DNA of 55,222 nucleotides from Octopus bimaculoides (lineage: Eukaryota), in assembly GCF_001194135.2 (NCBI RefSeq), contig NC_068996.1, positions 39,660,711 to 39,715,932 of the forward strand. Direction: 5' to 3'. The translations under genes and the position numbers were made by a program. Below, in pieces: positions 35,663-47,852 of the stretch. The notes below the pieces were generated by a model. It did no database searches and was not told where the DNA came from. It saw only the letters and a list, made by a program, of their open reading frames with translations. The stretch's first letter is position 1. Each line of letters opens with the position of its first letter.

Positions 35663-36536
35663 NNNNNNNNNNNNNNNNNNNNNNNNNNNNNNNNNNNNNN
35701 NNNNNNNNNNNNNNNNNNNNNNNNNNNNNNNNNNNNNNNNNNNNNNNNNNNNNNNNNNNNNNNNNNNNNNNNNNNNNNNNNNNNNNNNNNNNNNNNNNNN
35801 NNNNNNNNNNNNNNNNNNNNNNNNNNNNNNNNNNNNNNNNNNNNNNNNNNNNNNNNNNNNNNNNNNNNNNNNNNNNNNNNNNNNNNNNNNNNNNNNNNNN
35901 NNNNNNNNNNNNNNNNNNNNNNNNNNNNNNNNNNNNNNNNNNNNNNNNNNNNNNNNNNNNNNNNNNNNNNNNNNNNNNNNNNNNNNNNNNNNNNNNNNNN
36001 NNNNNNNNNNNNNNNNNNNNNNNNNNNNNNNNNNNNNNNNNNNNNNNNNNNNNNNNNNNNNNNNNNNNNNNNNNNNNNNNNNNNNNNNNNNNNNNNNNNN
36101 NNNNNNNNNNNNNNNNNNNNNNNNNNNNNNNNNNNNNNNNNNNNNNNNNNNNNNNNNNNNNNNNNNNNNNNNNNNNNNNNNNNNNNNNNNNNNNNNNNNN
36201 NNNNNNNNNNNNNNNNNNNNNNNNNNNNNNNNNNNNNNNNNNNNNNNNNNNNNNNNNNNNNNNNNNNNNNNNNNNNNNNNNNNNNNNNNNNNNNNNNNNN
36301 NNNNNNNNNNNNNNNNNNNNACGTCGCGTTCAATTAAATAATAAATAATTTCTCTTCCATCCTTTCTCTTTTCAAAAAAATATTTCCAGCATTCACTGTT
36401 TTCCTCTCGTTCTGGTCTAACAACACTCCATGTTTGTTTCCATTCGGTTTCCTTGTATGTCTCCACTGTCCTGTTTTTGTTCCCAACTTTGACCTTCCAT
36501 AAATCCTAAATTTTATTTTAGAGTTTACAGGAGCAA

Positions 36537-36593
36537 CTGTCTTTGAAGACTCATACCGTCGTTGAATGCTTGAAACAAGGAGTAGATAGACAG
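36537..36593 (+). ncRNA. Degenerate HHR-like motif
   Basis: CTGTCT-TTGAAGA-ctcat...atgct-t-GAAAC-aagga-GTA-gat-AGACAG. Confidence 0.25.
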
Positions 36594-36737
36594 CCGACAA
36601 CTGATGAAGGGCTCTTTCTCTGTGTTCACTTGCCCTGTTTACCATTTTGTTTTTCTCATTGTTTACGTATTTAACTTGTTTGTTTATGTATTTCATGTTA
36701 TTTGCACTGTTGGTGACGTCCTGTACCCACATATGCA

Positions 36738-36804
<67 letters not shown>

Positions 36805-36899
36805 ATATATATATATATGTATTATATATATATACACATGCATACATACATATATACACATGTATATATGTATATATGTATATATATATATATGTATAT

Positions 36900-37345
36900 A
36901 TATCATCATCATCATCATAATCATCATCGTTTAATGTCCGCTTTCCATGCTAGCATGGGTTGGACGATTTGACTGAGGACTGGCGAACCAGATGGCTACA
37001 CCAGGCTCCAATCTGATCTGGCAGAGTTTCTACAGCTGGATGCCCTTCTTAACGCCAACCACTTAGAGAGTGTAGTGGGTGCTTTTATGTGCCACCCGCA
37101 CGAAGGTCAGTCAGGTGGTACTGGCAACAGCCACACTCAAAATGGTGTATTTTATGTGCCACCTGCACAGGAGCCAGTCCAGCAGCACTGGCACGATCTC
37201 GCTCAAATGTCTTTACACATGCCACCAGCACAAGTGTTAGGAAAGTGACGCTGGGCACAGGTACCATCACGATTTTGCTTTCGCTTGCCCCAACAGGTCT
37301 TCACAAGCCGAGTTTCGTGTCCTGCATAGGAGCCAGTCCCACGGC
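36900..37345 (-). mobile_element. RTE-tail element family C
   Basis: Same body as 6700-6895 and 46905-47448. Confidence 0.8.
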
Positions 37346-37361
37346 ACTGGCAACGATCTCA

Positions 37362-37525
37362 TATATATAGTGAGAATTTACAAAAAACAAAAGACGAAGA
37401 CGGGTGTGTAAACAACAAACAGATGTATTAGTTTAATGCTCGGGAAGTGAGAGTCTTTTACGTTTTGAGCCTATGCTCTTCGACAGAAAGAATCACAGAA
37501 ATAAACAGGGAGAGAAAACAGAAAA
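37362..37525 (-). mobile_element. Putative PLE pseudo-LTR 3' end fused to (TA)n
   Basis: Minus strand tctttctgtcgaagagcataggctcaaaacgtaaaaga...gtaaattctcacTATATA. Confidence 0.55.
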
Positions 37526-37714
37526 TCGCTTAGGTATTGCACTTTATATCCAATTAAAGAAAAAATATCCCACCTAAAAATCAAATAAAATACATGTGAA
37601 AATATGTACAAATCCCTTAATTCTTTTCTACTCAAAGCACAAGGCCTGAGTACAAATCATTTATTAAAACAGATAGGGGATAATAAATTTTTTTTGTATT
37701 ATGTTATTCTTTTC

Positions 37715-37925
37715 GTCTTCAACGTGTTTCAGTCATTTGACTGCAGCCATGCTGAAGCACTGCCTTAATGGGTTTCAGTCAAAGAAATCAACCCCAGGAC
37801 CTATTCTTTGTAAGCCTAGCATTTATTCTATCAGTCTCTTTTGCTGAACTGCTAAGTTACAAGGGATGTAAACATACCATCATTGGTTGTCAAGCGATGG
37901 TTGGGGACACAAACACAGACACAAA

Positions 37926-37967
<42 letters not shown>

Positions 37968-38125
37968 TGTATAGATTGGCTTTTTTCAATTTCTGTCTAC
38001 CAAATCTACTCACAAGGCTTTGGAGGGCCTGAGGCTATAAGTAGAAGACACTTGCTCAAAGTACCCAAGATACTAAGTGGGATTGAACCCGGAACAATGT
38101 GGTTGGGAAGCAAGCTTCTTACCAC
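37715..38125 (-). mobile_element. SINE family A
   Basis: Reverse complement of the family A consensus with internal (CA)n. Confidence 0.8.
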
Positions 38126-39382
38126 ATATCCACGTGGCTTATTTTTATTATTCAAATCACATGTCTTGGAACCAATCATTGATTTAAGTTGAGGTATGCC
38201 CGTATTCTAAAGTAACCACATTGGCATCACGTGTCTTAGATAACCTGATTTAACAAAAAAGCCTTTCTCTAGAACAGACCAATAAAGAAAAAAGGAAAAA
38301 TGCATGAGAATACAGTTAGCAGCTATTCATAATTAAAACTTCCAACTAATTGGTTGTGTAATTAAGACATTGGACAGAAAATTTTACCATATTTGTTCTG
38401 AGACTTGGGACTCTGAGTTCAAATTTCACTGGGGACAACTTTGCCATTCGTCCTTTCAGGGTGAATAAAAAAGATTAATCTAAGGTGGTGGGTTGATGTG
38501 ACTGTAGATTGTTAGACTGGTACCTTGTGCTATTTGTTCTGGCTCCAAGTTCTGAGTTCTGAGTTCAAATCCTGCCACAGTCTACTCTTTCTCCTCTCCC
38601 TCCTTCCCCCTCCCACATCCTCCTACCTACCTACCTCCCTATTTACCTACCTATTTACCTACCTTCCTACCTACCTACCTACCTACCTACCTACCTACCT
38701 ACGTCCCTCCCTCCCTACCTACCTACCTACTTACCTACCTACCTACATACATACATATATATACACACATACATACTTACACATACATGCATAAACGCAC
38801 CATACACACATATACATGCATACACACATACATACATGCATACATACATACATACATACATGCATACATACATACACTCACACATATAGACATACATATA
38901 TTCACACATATATAGACATACATACATATGTGCATGAGTACATGCATATACACACACACACACATATATGCATGTGCACATACATACCATACATGCTTGC
39001 ATGCATACATACATACACACACATACATGCATACATACATACACACACATACATGCATACATACATACATATTCATTTAGCATTTAAACTGACCATGCCA
39101 TGGTCCAATTATGTTCGAACTGTCCAAATACACTTTATGTTCAGACTGGCCAGATCTATCCTTTCACACCTACCCTACAATATCATTCTAAAAGCAACCA
39201 ATCACATCATTGAAGCTTTGAAGCTGTGAAATAATCCATGGTAAATTCAAAACATAAATAAACAGGCATTACATTTGACAGAATAACCCGAACACCTGAA
39301 GAGTTAAAGTTAAGTTTAACAATACAATTATACCATAAAACTATAGGCTTTCAATAATTGACCATCCTAAATTGTCTACATA

Positions 39383-39609
39383 ATTAAACCTTGGGAGAGG
39401 CATTATGCCGGTAATAAACACACGCACTGGTTCAGTCCTTTATTAGTTTATAAACAGTATTTAGTGGAGAGACAAGTTACTGAAGAGATTGCAAGAGTGC
39501 AATGAAATGATTTAACAAAAAAGAAAACTAAATACTGTTTATAAATAAATAAAGGACTGAACCAGTGTGTGTGTTTATTACTGGCATAATGCCTCTCCCA
39601 AGGTTTAAT
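39383..39609. mobile_element. Fold-back cassette (~83-bp arms) with an HHR-like motif in the loop
   Basis: 39383-39465 is the reverse complement of 39527-39609; loop GTTA-CTGAAGA-gATTGCAagagTGCAAT-GAAA-tgat-t-TAAC at 39476-39516. Confidence 0.75.
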
Positions 39610-39684
39610 CGTATTTCTTTCAACACACGTATCTACATCAAAAATCTTGCACACCAAATACACATACGAAATTGTCTGCATAGC

Positions 39685-39729
<45 letters not shown>

Positions 39730-40164
39730 TCTTTCTTTTTACCCTTAATCAAACTTTTAAGCAATGCATTAACATACCATTAAACACTATTAATCTTTTC
39801 CTTTCTTCTAAATTCACTGATGCCTTACAATTTCGGTCTTTGTTCCATCCCCATTCTAAGATGTCTGATCTCTGCTTAACCAAGATATACTTGCACATGC
39901 AGTAATACTTTGAAACAACATTCTTTTGACATAGGTGGCAATAGATGGAACAAGATTATAGTTTACAGAGAAACTGAATGCAATTTCTTCTGATATTCCT
40001 CCATTTAGTAATTTCCATTTAACAAGATAAAGTAATGATTTGTTGATACATCTCTAAGAACTATCACCATGCTGAACATCTTGGCATATCATGTGGTGTC
40101 TCTCTCGCTCTCTATTTATTTTCATTTTGCAGCCATTTGTCGCGTCTATGACTGTTTATGGCTT

Positions 40165-40415
40165 TGGCATGACTTGGAAAACTTTCTCCATACTGGTTTG
40201 TTTTTTTGCTTGGGTTTGTCATTTATTATGATCAATTTCTTTCCATTTCATATACCTTTTTTGCAGTATCTTTGAATTCATATACCTTTCTGCAGTATCA
40301 TTGAATTCCAGTCTAAAATTTCCATGGTTTCTTTTCCCCTTACATAGTTGGAAGTAAAGGCGTTGTCTGGGGAGTTTGCTGTTGTCCGTCCTGTGTATGT
40401 GTCCCAACTTATTAC
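40165..40415 (-). pseudogene. RTE (BovB-like) LINE 3' fragment
   Basis: GHIHRTDNSKLPRQRLYFQLCKGKRNHGNFRLEFND matches the RTE GHV.RM...RLP.Q.LY..L..G.R..G.PRLRF.D pattern. Confidence 0.7.
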
Positions 40416-40811
40416 AGGTAAGTTCCTTGCCATCAATTCACCTCAGGGAAAGCTCACTGCCACCAATTCACCATGAAGAAAGTTCACTGTGAGCAAAGTT
40501 TACCAAGAAAATATATTCATAGTAACTCACCATTAATAGTTTAAAATTATTTTATTGTAAAAGGAAACAGTGAATTGATGATGGCGAACTTTCCCTGTGG
40601 TGAACTGATGACGGTGAACTTACCAGACATGGTTCCAACCAATATAAATTTAGACACATATATATATACACATATAAGTTTATACACGTATATATACACT
40701 TGTAGATATATATTTTATTATAGTTCTTTTTATTGTATTTACTTATTAAATTTTTCTCTATATGACTGTGGATTTTCATGGATGAGTTCATGAACTTTGG
40801 TTCTTTTCTGT

Positions 40812-41140
40812 CTTCTACTATAGTCTCGGGCCGACCAAAGCCTTGTGAGTGGATTTGGTAGACGGAAACTGAAAGAAGCCCGTCGTATATATATGTATAT
40901 ATATATCTGTATATGTGTGTATGTGTTTGTGTGTTTGTGTTTGTCCCCACCCAACATCGCTTGACAACAGATGCTGGTGTGTTTACGTCCCCGTAACTTA
41001 GCGGTTTGGCAAAAGAGACCGATAGAATAAGTACTAGGCTTACAAAGAATAAGTCCTGGGGTCGATTTGCTCGACTAAAGGCGGTGCTCCAGCATGGCTA
41101 CAGTCAAATGACTGAAACAAATAAAAGAGTAAAAGAGTAT
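40812..41140 (+). mobile_element. 5'-truncated, well-preserved SINE family A
   Basis: CpGs retained; tail aaaagagtaaaagagt. Confidence 0.85.
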
Positions 41141-41354
41141 ATATATATATATATGAGAAAGGTTGAGTTCAATTTCATCCCTTTACTTTTAGTAGATTTC
41201 TAATAAAGATTGTAGATATTAAATTTGTAGCTCACTATTGTATTTTTTTTTTAAATATGAAATGTTACAAGTATAATGTATGTTATGAGCATTTATAGAA
41301 CATGTATCCTATATAAACTCAACAAACAATTAAAGACAGAGAAAAGAAGATTTT

Positions 41355-41391
<37 letters not shown>

Positions 41392-42291
41392 CTCTATTTG
41401 CTTATCTTTTTCTGTTCATGTGTTGATTCATCATAGAACATGTCTTTATACCATTTCTCTTTTGCTTCACCATACTGTCTCTGTTCTTCTTGACTCATAA
41501 TGGCATCTTTCTTTCTATTCCATCTTTGACTCATTGTAGAATATTACTATCATGTTGTTTAAATAAAACAAAAAAATTTTTTTCTTTTTTTTAAAATTAA
41601 AATTGAAGCAGAGTAAATTCATTTCTTAAACATCAAAAATAAATATGAATCTGAAAAGAATCAAATGTAAAAAGTCTTGTATTATAAAACATGGAAGGGC
41701 AGGAAAAGTCTTGCAGAAGAGACGTAAATCTATGTTGCAAAACGAATATTTTATATAACATCCATTTACATTAACAAGAAGCAAATGCTGTAAAAGTTTC
41801 CCAAAATAGCTACATATAGCGTTGACATGGACCAAGATACTTCCTGTAATGACAAATTTAGCAACAGACCTACATTAGAATATTTCCCCAAGATAGCAAC
41901 AGTCTCCAATTAATTTCAAAGGCTTATCAAAATAGTAGTATGGATAGCAAACATCTTACAGACCCATGATAAATTGCAAACATATGTGGAGTTCTTCTTC
42001 CTAAACAGATAGACGTACTCTTCTCTCTGTTACTTAAATATATTATATACATTTTGAATATATCTATGTATGTTTGTTTAATGGAAATGGATATGGGCAT
42101 ATGTATTTGTGTATTTATGTATGTGTATATTTATGCATGCATGTGTGATTGTGTGTGTGAGTGTGTATACACATATACATAAATATATGTGTATAGATAC
42201 ATACAAGAACACAGACGCACATTTATATATATGTATGTAAGTATGTATGTATGTATGTATGTATGTATACATATATGTATATATACATGCA

Positions 42292-42327
<36 letters not shown>

Positions 42328-42399
42328 TAGATACATACATACATACATACATACAGGAACACAGGCACACATTCATATATATATATACACACATATATA

Positions 42400-42560
42400 T
42401 ATAGCTCAAATTTACAGAAAACAAAAGACAGGTGTAGGAACAAGAAGCAGGTATATTAATTAACACTCAGGAAGAATGGAGAAGTCTTTTATGTTTTGAG
42501 GCTACGCTCTTCGACAGAAAGGATTAAGAGGAAAAACAGGAGAATGAAAAAAAAAATGGA
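42400..42560 (-). mobile_element. Putative PLE pseudo-LTR 3' end fused to (TA)n
   Basis: Minus strand cctttctgtcgaagagcgtagcctcaaaacataaaagac...gtaaatttgagcTATATA; lies downstream of the PLE ORF at 44.1-44.7 kb on the same strand. Confidence 0.55.
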
Positions 42561-44079
42561 GAGAGAGAAAATTGTGTAGGGATTAACAGTACAACTGGAT
42601 AAAATAGCCAGAAGAGGCTGAATGAAAGGGAGATAATGATGGTGACCCAGTCGAACGAATTTGCTCTTGCACGTGTGTGTATATGTGAGAATGCTGAGTG
42701 TGAATGTGTGTTTATGAATGGGGGTGAACGTGTGAGTATGTATGTGTGGGCGAGCTGAAAAATATGTGGACCTGTGTGTATATGTGTAGGTGACCCAGTG
42801 CGTACACTATGTGGAGTGATTTACGTTACACATACTGATATGTATGTATGTGTGTGCATATGGACGTGTGTACATATGTGTGTAGTTAGCATGTATGTGT
42901 GCAAACGCATTGGCATGGGTGTATGTGTATGTGTATAAGTTTGTATGTATGTATGTATGTATGTATGTATGTATGTATGTATGTATGTATTATGTATGTA
43001 TGTATGGATGGATGTATGTATGTATAGATAGATACATACAAGAACACAGGCACACATTTATATGTATATATATATATATATACACACAGACCTAGTGTAT
43101 GTGTTGTGTGGAGTGATGTGCATTTTGTGTATTTGTGTGTGTGTGTGTGTGTGTGTGGACGTGTGTATATGTATGAGTGAGTGTTTGGATGTGTGTATAT
43201 GTGTGAAGCTAACGTGTGTGTGTGTGTGTGAACATGCATGTGCAAATGATTATGTTTAGCAGTTAATGTGTGCTTATTCAGGTGGTCTGTATGTGTGTAT
43301 GTGTGTTTGTGGATATGTAATGTGCATGAGTGTAGTGTATGTTTGTGGGTGAAAGTTGTGTCTATGTGTGTTGCATGTGTTAATGCGTGTTGTGTGTGTA
43401 TGTATATATTGTCTGTGTTTAGGTATTATGTGCTTGTGTGGGTATGGAAGTGNNNNNNNNNNNNNNNNNNNNNNNNNNNNNNNNNNNNNNNNNNNNNNNN
43501 NNNNNNNNNNNNNNNNNNNNNNNNNNNNNNNNNNNNNNTAGCAGTTAATGTGTGCTTATTCAGGTGGTCTGTATGTGTGTATGTGTGTTTGTGGATATGT
43601 AATGTGCATGAGTGTAGTGTATGTTTGTGGGTGAAAGTTGTGTCTATGTGTGTTGCATGTGTTAATGCGTGTTGTGTGTGTATGTATATATTGTCTGTGT
43701 TTAGGTATTATGTGCTTGTGTGGGTATGGAAGTGTGCATGATGGTGTGTGGTGTGTGTACTGAGTTGAACAGTGTGTAGGGGGTGCTTGTATAGTGGTAT
43801 GTGTGGCGACACTATTGAAGATTGTGTGTGGATGTGTGGATAATGGTGTGTGGTGTGGGTGCTGAGAAATGTTTAGTGATAGTGTATGGGGGTGGGACAG
43901 TGTTTGTAGGTGTGTGTATGTAATGGTGTGCAAAGTGGGTAATGAGTTGAACAGTGTGTATGCGTGTTTGTATGGTGGTGTGTGTGTGGTGAGGGTACTG
44001 AGGTAGGCAGCATGTAGAGGAAAGGGAGGAGCAGTTGAATGTCAGAGGTGTATGGTAATCTGTGTGAGGTGGTGTCAGA

Positions 44080-44678
44080 TGAAGAGAGGTAGTGAGTTGA
44101 GCCTATAAGGTGCAAAAGAACAAAGGGAGAAAAATCAGTTCCTATTCACGGTGCAGGTGAGAGTCCAGGTGGCCCCTGTGCAAAGACACACTGAACACAG
44201 ACAGACGTTGTAGCAAATGACTGGTAAAGTGGAAGTGGCATGACACTGTGGTCATTGCAAATCTGATGTCTTGGAGGTGCTCTACAAACCGGTCAGTCAA
44301 GCAGCGTCCTGTTTGACCAATATACAGGGAAAGACAGAGAGAGCAGGAGATGCAGTAAATAACAATACTGGAGGTGCAGGTAAAGGAGTCAGTAATGTGA
44401 TAGAGGCAGTGGTGGGTGCCAGTGAGGATAGTGGCTTTCGAGAGGTGTTGGAGAGATAGTGGTATTGAAAAGGTGTGACAGCGTGGGTGAGAGTAGGGGA
44501 AGGAACCAGGCTGGGAGGCAGAGGTAGGGAAGAAACTGTGGATCAGGTCATGCAGGTTATGGGCTCGTTTGAGGGAGGGAAGGGATGGGTTAGAGAAGAT
44601 GTGCGAGGTTGACGTGTTGGACTGGAGTTGCTGGAGGGCTTGGAGAAAGGTGCATTGGAGGGGTAGGATGTTTATGGA
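44080..44678 (-). pseudogene. Penelope-like element GIY-YIG endonuclease C-terminal region
   Basis: 179-codon stop-free frame 44678>44142 with no early start codon: PSLKRAHNLHDL...PGSFPYSHPRCHT...ITDSFTCTSSIVIYCISCSLCLSLYIGQTGRCLTDRFVEHLQDIR...SCHF...LHRE*, then a frameshifted ELIF..APYRLN. Confidence 0.85.
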
Positions 44679-44788
44679 TGGGAAACTCAGGGTAATCCCA
44701 TAAACCGGCCATTTATGGATTGGAAACCCAGGTTAATCCTATAAACTGGTCATTTATGGATGGGGAAGCCAGGGTAATCCCATAAACC
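44671..44788. repeat. 41-bp tandem repeat x~3, each unit self-complementary at its ends
   Basis: tttatggatgggaaactcagggtaatcccataaaccggcca; units start at 44671, 44712 and 44753. Confidence 0.85.
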
Positions 44789-44802
44789 AACCTTCCCCAT
44801 TG

Positions 44803-45248
44803 TGCTGGTATGGTCATGTGGCGAAAATGGATGAGGATAGCTGTGTGAAAAAGTGCCACACCCTAGCGGTTGAGGGAAACTGTGGAAGAGGTAGACCCAG
44901 GAAGACCTGGGATGAGGTGGTGAAGCACGACCTTTGAGCATTAGGCCTCACCGAGGCAACGGCTAGTGACTGAGACTTTTGGAAATATGCTGTGCATGAG
45001 AAGACCCGGCAAGACAAGTGAGACCATAACCTGTTGCCTTTACCAGGGGTGTAGCCAGCCCACTTATGCATACCTTTCCTACATTGGACACTAAACTCTC
45101 GGAGTGGTTGGCGTTAGGAAGGGCATCCAGCTGTAGAAACTCTGGCAGATCAGATTGGAGCCTGGTGCAACCATCTGGTTTGCCAGTCCTCAGTCAAATC
45201 GTCCAACCCATGCCAGCATGGAAAGTGGACGTTAAATGATGATGATGA

Positions 45249-45252
<4 letters not shown>
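44803..45252 (+). mobile_element. RTE LINE 3' end (ORF C-terminus, shortened 3' UTR, (ATG)n tail)
   Basis: CWYGHVAKMDEDSCVKKCHTLAVEGNCGRGRPRKTWDEVVKHDL*...EKTRQDK*, followed by the family C tail. Confidence 0.85.
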
Positions 45253-45314
<62 letters not shown>

Positions 45315-46190
45315 GTGTGTGCGTGTATGTATGTTTGTATTTATAGGAACAAAACATCATTCATGGAGTTTAAAAAAGCATATCATGAAATGAAATAACA
45401 CATTACAGAAAAGCAGAGGAATCCAAAGAAATAAACAAATCAACCAATATTTGGGATGCTAGAACACTATATCAACAAAAACAGCAAAGAGATCACCACA
45501 AGCAAGTAGCATTTATCAATTCAGTTAACAAACCCTATTGTATAGCAGCAGTACTTGATCACCTGTTGAGTTCAGAATTTATTGAAGATAGTAATGCCTT
45601 CAAAGAAATCAAACAAAGAAATGTACTACCCATCCTTAAAATCTGCTGAATGAATAGCAAAATAAATCCAACACCACCACACATACCTCCATCGCCATGT
45701 ACTTACCATTCCTTCCTCAATTCTTATCATCTTTTACTCCTCCCCACCAATATACACAAGGAAATGCCCACTAAACTCACTTGACTTTCAACCTGGTAAA
45801 AAAAGAAAAAACATCCCTCTGTGGTACATCCATTAATGTTATATCACCTGAAGAAATGAATCCATGAAGATAATCTGCCTGTTGCCCAAAGATACTATGG
45901 ACTACACTGTAATCATCCCAGGACTTACGAGTCAAGTGATTCATGAAAACACACATACCGATACATTAAATGTTTATATTTTCCATCCAAGAATGATTGT
46001 TATCATTATTATTATTATTATTCTGAAAGACTCTCCGATAGTTCTTAATTTTCGGTTGTTCTTTACTCGAAAGTAGGCAATAACAAATCACCAAAAGTTT
46101 CAAGTAGTGCCTTCTGCTGTGACTCAAAGAGACAATGCTCTCCTTAGAATGCGAGCTGTACCCAACAGTGCTGTCTTCTATTATTATTAA

Positions 46191-46278
<88 letters not shown>

Positions 46279-46279
46279 G

Positions 46280-46490
46280 TGAGCTGGCAGAATCGTTAGC
46301 ACCCTGCAGAAATGCTTAGCAGTATTTTTCCTGTCACAACATTCTAAGTTCAAATTCTACAGAGGTCGAGTTTGCCTTTTCATCCTTTCGGGGTCGATTA
46401 AGTACCAGGGAAACACTGGGGTCGATGTAATCAACTAGTCCCCTCCCCACCAAATTTGAGGCCTTGTGCCTCCAGTAGAAAGGATTATTA
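46280..46490 (+). mobile_element. SINE family B after an (ATT)n tract
   Basis: gagctggcagaatcgttagc...gaggtcgagtttgcctttcatcctttcggggtcga...ggccttgtgcc. Confidence 0.8.
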
Positions 46491-46857
46491 TTACCTCCTT
46501 CTTAGCAAAGGTGCAGGTATTGTTTTCAGTTGTGTTTGTTTGTTTGTCTGTGGACAAGATATCGCAAAAACTGTTGGATGGATTCAGATGAAACTTTCAG
46601 GGATGTTTGGCCTCATGACTGGCACAAACTGATTAGATTTTGGGAGTAATCTGGTACTGGACAAGGATTCTGGATTATTTTTTTCTGTTCTTTTACTTAA
46701 TTTTTGAGAGCGGTCGGGTTCATTTTTAGTATTCTCGTTTGTGAGAGCAATCGAGTTTATTTCAGATATTCTCATTTTAAAAATCAATCTCCGGCTAATT
46801 GTTGAGAGGACATTGGTGTTGCCTTGGAGGTTTGCTCTATCTAAGTGCTCTTGTTAT
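46488..46857. mobile_element. Helentron-associated (HINE/DINE-1-like) non-autonomous element
   Basis: attattacctcc...aagg start, internal (GTTT)n/GTCT microsatellite, subterminal ccttggaggt then 3' gtgctcttgtt; the layout matches HINEs. Confidence 0.5.
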
Positions 46858-46904
46858 ATTTATTATTATTATTATAATCATAATCATCATCATCATCATA
46901 TTAT

Positions 46905-47448
46905 TATATCATAATCATCATCATCATCATTTAACGTCCGCTTTCCATGCTGGCATGGCTTGGACGATTTGACTAGGGACTGGTAAACCAGATGGCTACA
47001 CCAGGCTCCAATCTGATCTGGCAGAGTTTCTACAGCTGGATGCCCTTCTTAACACCAACCACTCCAAGAGGGTAGTGGGTGCTTTTACATGCCACCGGCA
47101 CGAGGGCCAGTTAGGTGGTACTGGCAACGGCTATGCTCAAATGGTGTTTTTACATGTCACCTGCACAGGAGCCAGTCCAGCGTCACTGGCAACACCTTCA
47201 CTCGAATGCCATTTTTCACATACCACCGGCACAAGTGCCAGTAAGGCGACAATGGTAACAATCATGCTCAAATGGTGTTTTTTACTTGTCATCAGCATGG
47301 GGGCCAGTCAGCAGCCCTGGCAACAATCACGCTCAGATGGTGCTCTTAGTGCTCCACTAGCACGGATGCCAGTCATGCGGTGCTATCATCGAATTTGTTT
47401 CCGATTTCACTTGCCTCAACAGGTCTTCACAAGCAGAGTTTAGTGTCC
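46905..47448 (-). mobile_element. RTE-tail element family C
   Basis: (CAT)n plus the family C body, running into a gap. Confidence 0.8.
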
Positions 47449-47785
47449 NNNNNNNNNNNNNNNNNNNNNNNNNNNNNNNNNNNNNNNNNNNNNNNNNNNN
47501 NNNNNNNNNNNNNNNNNNNNNNNNNNNNNNNNNNNNNNNNNNNNNNNNTAGAAAAAATAATAATCAGATACTCAGATGTCTGGATGGTTGTATATTTATA
47601 GATGTTTGTTCATATGTCACATGTTTTATAAATTAGCGCTTTCACCTAGTCTTGTAGGTTTATCAAATTTTGATTACACCTTGAGAGAATGTTTCTTTTT
47701 ATAGTATTATTGAATGTATAGGGGTGGAGAGAGATATATATAGGATAGTAAGAGAGGGTGAGGAATGTATATACATATATATATG

Positions 47786-47852
<67 letters not shown>

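Noticed and set aside
39285-39345. CTGAAGA-gttaaa...tttaac motif
   Set aside because: GAAA and stem I are missing; too degenerate to count as an HHR.
43259-43735. ~195-bp exact direct duplication
   Set aside because: Identical copies flank an 86-nt N-gap, which is typical of unmerged overlapping contig ends (assembly artefact).
44671-44788. CRISPR-like palindromic repeats
   Set aside because: Units are contiguous with no unique spacers, in a eukaryotic context with no cas genes.
45340-45660. Possible degraded PLE C-terminus (KPYC...KQRNVLPILKIC)
   Set aside because: Similarity too weak by eye to support a feature call.
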